Shown in pieces: positions 62,782-64,000 of a DNA stretch of 64,000 bases (position 1 is the stretch's first letter; every line of letters begins with the position of its first letter). The notes beneath the pieces were generated by a model that made no database searches, was not told where the DNA came from, and worked only from the letters and a program-made list of their open reading frames with translations. Source of the DNA: Eledone cirrhosa (lineage: Eukaryota); the NCBI GenBank assembly GCA_964016885.1, contig OZ024758.1, forward strand, positions 37,634,001 to 37,698,000, read 5' to 3'. Both the position numbers and the translations under genes were made by a program.

Positions 62782-64000
62782 TTGCTGAGAATTCATTTAA
62801 GTTCATGGTATTAGCTGTCAGAAGTAACTCCACTGTTGGTGAGAATTCATTTAAGTTCATGGTACTAGCTGTCAGAAGTAACTCCACTGTTGGTGAGAAT
62901 TCATTTAAGTTCATGGTATTAGCTGTCAGAAGTAACTCCACTGTTGGTGAGAATTCATTTAAGTTCATGGTATTAGCTGACAGAAGTCACTCCACTGTTG
63001 GTGAGAATTCATTTAAGTTCATGGTACTAGCTGTCAGAAGTAACTCCAATGTTGGTGAGAATTCATTTAAGTTCATGGTACTAGCTGTCAGAAGTAACTC
63101 CACTGTTGGTGAAAATTCATTTAAGTTCATGGTATTAGTTTGTCAGAAGTAACTCCACTGTTGGTGAGAATTCATTTAAGTCATGGTATTAGTTGTCAGA
63201 AGTAACTCCAATGTTGGTGAGAATTCATTTAAGTTCATGGTATTAGCTGTCAGAAGGAACTCCACTGTTGGTGAGAATTCATTTAAGTTCATGGTATTAG
63301 CTGTCAGAAGGAACTCCAATGTTGGTGAGAATTCATTTAAGTCATGGTACTAGCTGTCAGAACTAACTCCAATGTTGGTGAGAATTCATTTAAGTCATGG
63401 TACTAGCTGTCAGAAGTAACTCCAATGTTGGTGAGAATTCATTTAAGTTCATGGTATTAGCTGTCAGAAGGAACTCCACTGTTGGTGAGAATTCATTTAA
63501 GTTCATGGTATTAGCTGTCAGAAGTAACTCCACTGTTGGTGAGAATTCATTTAAGTTCATGGTATTAGCTGTCAGAAGTAACTCCACTGTTGGTGAGAAT
63601 TCATTTAAGTTCATGGTACTAGCTGTCAGAAGTAACTCCAATGTTGGTGAGAATTCATTTAAGTTCATGGTATTAGCTGTCAGAAGTAACTCCACTGTTG
63701 GTGAGAATTCAGTTAAGTCATGGTATTAGCTGTCAGAAGTAACTCCAATGTTGGTGAGAATTCATTTAAGTTCATGGTATTAGCTGTCAGAAGTAACTCC
63801 ACTGTTGGTGAGAAATCATTTAAGTTCATGGTATTAGCTGTCAGAAGTAACTCCACTGTTGGTGAGAATTCATTTAAGTTCATGGTACTGGCTGTCAGAA
63901 GTAACTCCACTGTTGGTGAGAATTCATTTAAGTTCATGGTATTAGTTTGTCAGAAGTAACTCCACTGTTGGTGAGAATTCATTTAAGTCATGGTATTAGT

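Larger units (their letters stand above)
1..64000 (+). repeat. 54-bp satellite DNA tandem array (~1,190 monomers, single orientation, extends beyond both window edges)
   Basis: Every line consists of the unit ATGGTATTAGCTGTCAGAAGTAACTCCACTGTTGGTGAGAATTCATTTAAGTTC, typically with 0-3 differences. Common variants: TATTA/TACTA, CCACT/CCAAT, AGTAA/AGGAA, AGTAAC/AGTCAC, AACTCC/AACGCC, a 1-bp deletion AAGTTCATG>AAGTCATG and a +1 form TTAGCTGTC>TTAGTTTGTC. GAATTC occurs in nearly every monomer. Confidence 0.99.

Noticed and set aside
42-63959. All listed ORFs as protein-coding genes or one giant repeat protein
   Set aside because: They arise because 54 is divisible by 3. The frame is broken every few monomers by amplified 1-bp indels, most recurrent substitutions are non-synonymous, overlapping ORFs occur on both strands, and there is no unique N- or C-terminal domain.
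1-64000. CRISPR array
   Set aside because: There are no unique spacers, since the whole 54-bp period is conserved, and no leader or cas genes.
1-64000. CENP-B box or telomeric repeats
   Set aside because: The consensus has no CpG, and rare TTCG variants lack the downstream A..CGGG of the CENP-B box. No tandem TTAGGG/TTTAGGG/TTAGG; TTTAGG occurs only as an isolated point variant.
1-64000. Embedded transposon, inversion or unique island
   Set aside because: None was seen on reading. Gaps in the ORF track (e.g. 9640-10210, 13670-14400, 28375-28890) are clusters of 53-bp monomers, not foreign DNA. A very short insertion could have been missed by eye.
1-64000. Synthetic concatemer or sequencing artefact (EcoRI site in each unit; 2048-bp period)
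   Set aside because: Nested HORs with positionally inherited rare variants and differing divergence are what natural satellite evolution produces. 2048 is simply 38x54-4. Individual near-perfect duplications still need read validation.
1-64000. Variant order as a functional code or information-storage system
   Set aside because: The non-random order is explained by descent through block duplication. Nothing in the sequence points to a reader or writer mechanism.

Overview
The whole 64 kb window is one uninterrupted, head-to-tail satellite DNA array of about 1,190 monomers. The consensus monomer is 54 bp, ATGGTATTAGCTGTCAGAAGTAACTCCACTGTTGGTGAGAATTCATTTAAGTTC (20/54 = 37% GC, no CpG, one EcoRI site). 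I found no genes, RNA genes, transposons, inversions or unique sequence. Every ORF in the track is a translation of the 54-mer (54 = 18 codons) and is rejected as coding. The informative signal is the order of the monomer variants. It reveals a nested, locally changing higher-order-repeat (HOR) structure with periods of 215, 485, 1021, 1401, 2048, 2313/2367, 2528, 3176, 3879 and 4575 bp, plus a super-period of about 7.7-8.4 kb. Diagnostic variants are spatially layered, +1 and -1 indels are tightly linked, and some duplication events can be placed in order. This fits an actively expanding eukaryotic heterochromatic, possibly centromeric, satellite, but I cannot assign the organism, family name or function from sequence alone. 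I see no protein-based novel system. HOR boundaries were read by eye and are accurate to about one monomer.
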